From a virus: a stretch of DNA of 64,000 nt. Numbering within the stretch: the first letter of the stretch is position 1; every line of letters begins with the position of its first letter. Below the pieces are notes generated by a model. It had not been told where the DNA came from, made no database searches, and was given only the letters and a program-made list of their open reading frames with translations. The translations under genes were made by a program, and so were the position numbers. Positions 62,201 to 64,000 of this stretch are shown piece by piece. Location of the stretch: the IMG/VR virus record IMGVR_UViG_3300045988_172839, positions 96,001 through 160,000 of that record, one strand, 5' to 3'.

Positions 62201-63591
62201 ATCGACACCTCCTCTACAAAACCTTCGTGTTGTCGAACCACACGTGACCAAGAACGCTCACTCAATGGACTACCTGAACGCAAGACCTTTGCTTGTTTAT
62301 CCAAACGACTTAGAAACTCAAAGACACCTCGGTTTGTTTCCAAACCCAAGTACAAAACAACTGGACGATTTAGACGAGCTAAATCATCAAACTTACGTTC
62401 CCAATCCACTTCTGACAAAACATTTACTGGAAGTAATGCGTTTGGAGAAGTCAACAAGTCAAGACCGTCAGCTACTCTCAGTTTAATCTCATCATAAGGA
62501 GAATAAAGAGAACGAATGTTTTGCTCTCCTAACAACCACTTAGCCACACGGTTGCGCTTAGTGATACGAACTAAAGTATCCATAATACTCTCTGGAGACA
62601 AGTCAATCACAAGAGTGTCTTTCATGTTTACTAACAGGTATTGGTAAGACGGAACTAAATCTAAACTGGAAGCCGTCACATAAATTTCTACATTCCTTGG
62701 AACACTCAAAGGAGTTGTTGGAACAACTGCACTCTCTTTAAGTTTCGCTTTCAAGTCCTCATTTGCAACCTCTAACTTAGCAAACTCTATCTTCTTGTTA
62801 TCAAAATCAGTCTCAACTAACTGCAAAGTCTCTTTAGTACGATTATGTGAGTTACGCTCATTTTCAAGTTCTGCTTTAGTTAAATCCAAGTCCTCTTTCA
62901 AATTTTGAAGTTGCTCTGAGGATACCCCTAAACCTTGATTTGTGTTAGCAGTTTTCAAATCTCTACGCAAGCGCTCATTATCCGCCCGCAAGAATTGAAC
63001 CTCATCTTCAAGAGTGAGACCAAACCCATCATCTACTGGTAAAGGAGTCTCTTCTTGAATTGGTTCAACCAAAGGGGTTTCTTCTACTTGTGTAAAACCA
63101 CTAGAAGGTTCAACTGTTTCCATTTTGGAAACAACTGGAGTTGCCCCATATTGTGGGGTTAGTGGGGATACCGCTTGAGAATGTGGAGAGTAAGTTGTGT
63201 TCTCCTTATTTAGTTGAGCGTTTTGTGTTGGTGGAGTTGGAGTTGGAGGAGGTGCGACCTCCTCTTTCTTAGGTGGAGCCGTTAAAGACTCCCCTAATTC
63301 GCTCTCCAGCAACAATATCAATTCATCCGCAGTTGTAATCACGTGCGCTCTGTCTGGTCCCACCGTGTCGCGCACTGTAGCATTTGCATCTAATTTAACC
63401 TTTTCATCAGCAGTTAATAAGAACCCTGCCGTGCTAATTTTCTTAGCGTGACTTCTTGCTGATAAAGGTTGAAACTTTGAACCTCCTGAAACAAATCGAA
63501 TATCCGTTCTATGCGCTCTGAGAAGTAAATTCTCAACCTCTGAAATAATCGACTTGCTCAGTTCAAAGTAGTAATAGTCAAAATCTGACAT
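62197..63591 (-). CDS. hypothetical protein (464 aa) with Pro-rich linker and coiled coil
   Basis: ATG with GAGGT RBS; PPKKEEVAPPPTPTPPTQ linker; coiled-coil segment RLRRDLKTA...KAKLKES. Confidence 0.6.
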   Translation of the reverse strand: MSDFDYYYFELSKSIISEVENLLLRAHRTDIRFVSGGSKFQPLSARSHAKKISTAGFLLTADEKVKLDANATVRDTVGPDRAHVITTADELILLLESELGESLTAPPKKEEVAPPPTPTPPTQNAQLNKENTTYSPHSQAVSPLTPQYGATPVVSKMETVEPSSGFTQVEETPLVEPIQEETPLPVDDGFGLTLEDEVQFLRADNERLRRDLKTANTNQGLGVSSEQLQNLKEDLDLTKAELENERNSHNRTKETLQLVETDFDNKKIEFAKLEVANEDLKAKLKESAVVPTTPLSVPRNVEIYVTASSLDLVPSYQYLLVNMKDTLVIDLSPESIMDTLVRITKRNRVAKWLLGEQNIRSLYSPYDEIKLRVADGLDLLTSPNALLPVNVLSEVDWERKFDDLARLNRPVVLYLGLETNRGVFEFLSRLDKQAKVLRSGSPLSERSWSRVVRQHEGFVEEVSI

Positions 63592-63627
63592 GTTTCTACC
63601 TCATCAAATTCTATTTACCCTATTTTA

Positions 63628-64000
63628 TTAAGCTTTTTGAGTCTTTTGTGCCAATGAAAAGGCAGTCATCAATCCTAAAATGTTCAAGTAACGTGGGCTT
63701 GTAAGGTCAAACGGGATACCCTCAATCTCTGGTTCTTCAAGGTATTGCAAGTCTACTAAGTCCAATGTTGGGAGTTCGAGTTGCAATTCAGACAAGAGCG
63801 CTTCAGAAATAGTGACTGTTGAACCGTTTGGAACAACACCACCTCCTACAAGTAAAAGACGGTCAAATGAAGAAACCTCTACTTCTGCTCCTCGCAAGTA
63901 AGTAAATACTTCTTGTGCAATATCGGATGCTACCGAATAAATCGCTTGTTCGACATCTTCTCGAACTTTGTGAGTTGTTGAACCATAGCGTACTTCACAC
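63628..64000 (-). CDS. actin-like ATPase (ParM/Alp-type), C-terminal part; gene continues past right edge
   Basis: the frame is open from the window edge: ..VREDVEQAIYSVASDIAQEVFTYLRGAEVEVSSFDRLLLVGGGVVPNG...SPRYLNILGLM, resembling the C-terminal ...d.i.l.GGGa... and ..aNa.G. blocks of ParM-like proteins; the track start (63897) is an internal TTG. Confidence 0.45.
   Translation of the reverse strand, partial: CEVRYGSTTHKVREDVEQAIYSVASDIAQEVFTYLRGAEVEVSSFDRLLLVGGGVVPNGSTVTISEALLSELQLELPTLDLVDLQYLEEPEIEGIPFDLTSPRYLNILGLMTAFSLAQKTQKA

Noticed and set aside
1-64000. Codon usage or a favoured dipeptide as the cause of the GATACC/GGTATC excess
   Set aside because: The motif is spread over all three codon phases, encoding different residues, and occurs in non-coding spacers and terminator stems. 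My rough expectation from codon frequencies is about tenfold lower than the observed count. An exact shuffle test is still needed.
1-64000. tRNA/rRNA genes, an integrase with att sites, and transposases or IS elements
   Set aside because: The intergenic gaps are short and filled by promoters and terminators. I saw no cloverleaf-like sequence, no recombinase motifs and no terminal inverted repeats. The only mobile elements are the three inteins.

Overview
About 36% GC by eye. This looks like a segment of a large mobile replicon (phage, phage-plasmid or conjugative plasmid) from a low-GC Gram-positive coccus; the YSIRK/LPXTG antigen I/II adhesin points to a Streptococcus-like host. I find about 90 protein genes, all on the minus strand. 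They are packed tightly and split into many short units by sigma-A-type promoters (-35, exactly 17 nt, -10, often TGn-extended) and hairpin terminators, several with UUCG loops. Recognisable content: a surface module (antigen I/II adhesin, SEC10/PrgA-like LPXTG protein, membrane thioredoxin-like protein), a HipA-like kinase, a DUF1002-like secreted protein, and a class I RNR beta subunit (nrdF) carrying two related inteins. Also present are three C5 cytosine methyltransferases (one intact, one with an in-frame TAA, one with an intein at the catalytic Cys plus an in-frame TAG) and a beta-class N6/N4 methyltransferase. Further calls are Fic/Doc-like and AbiEii/MNT-like proteins, RNase H, DHFR, DUF3310, DUF3850/ASCH, a flap endonuclease, and at the right edge an actin-like (ParM-type) gene followed by an RHH protein. 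About a quarter of the window is tandem arrays of diverged small (135-170 aa) paralogous ORFs of unknown function. The most striking feature is the hexamer GATACC. By hand count it occurs about 110 times on the plus strand and only about 3 times on the minus strand, in all codon phases and in intergenic DNA. No rRNA, tRNA, CRISPR array, integrase or transposase was seen. All functional calls come from motifs read by eye; no database search was possible.
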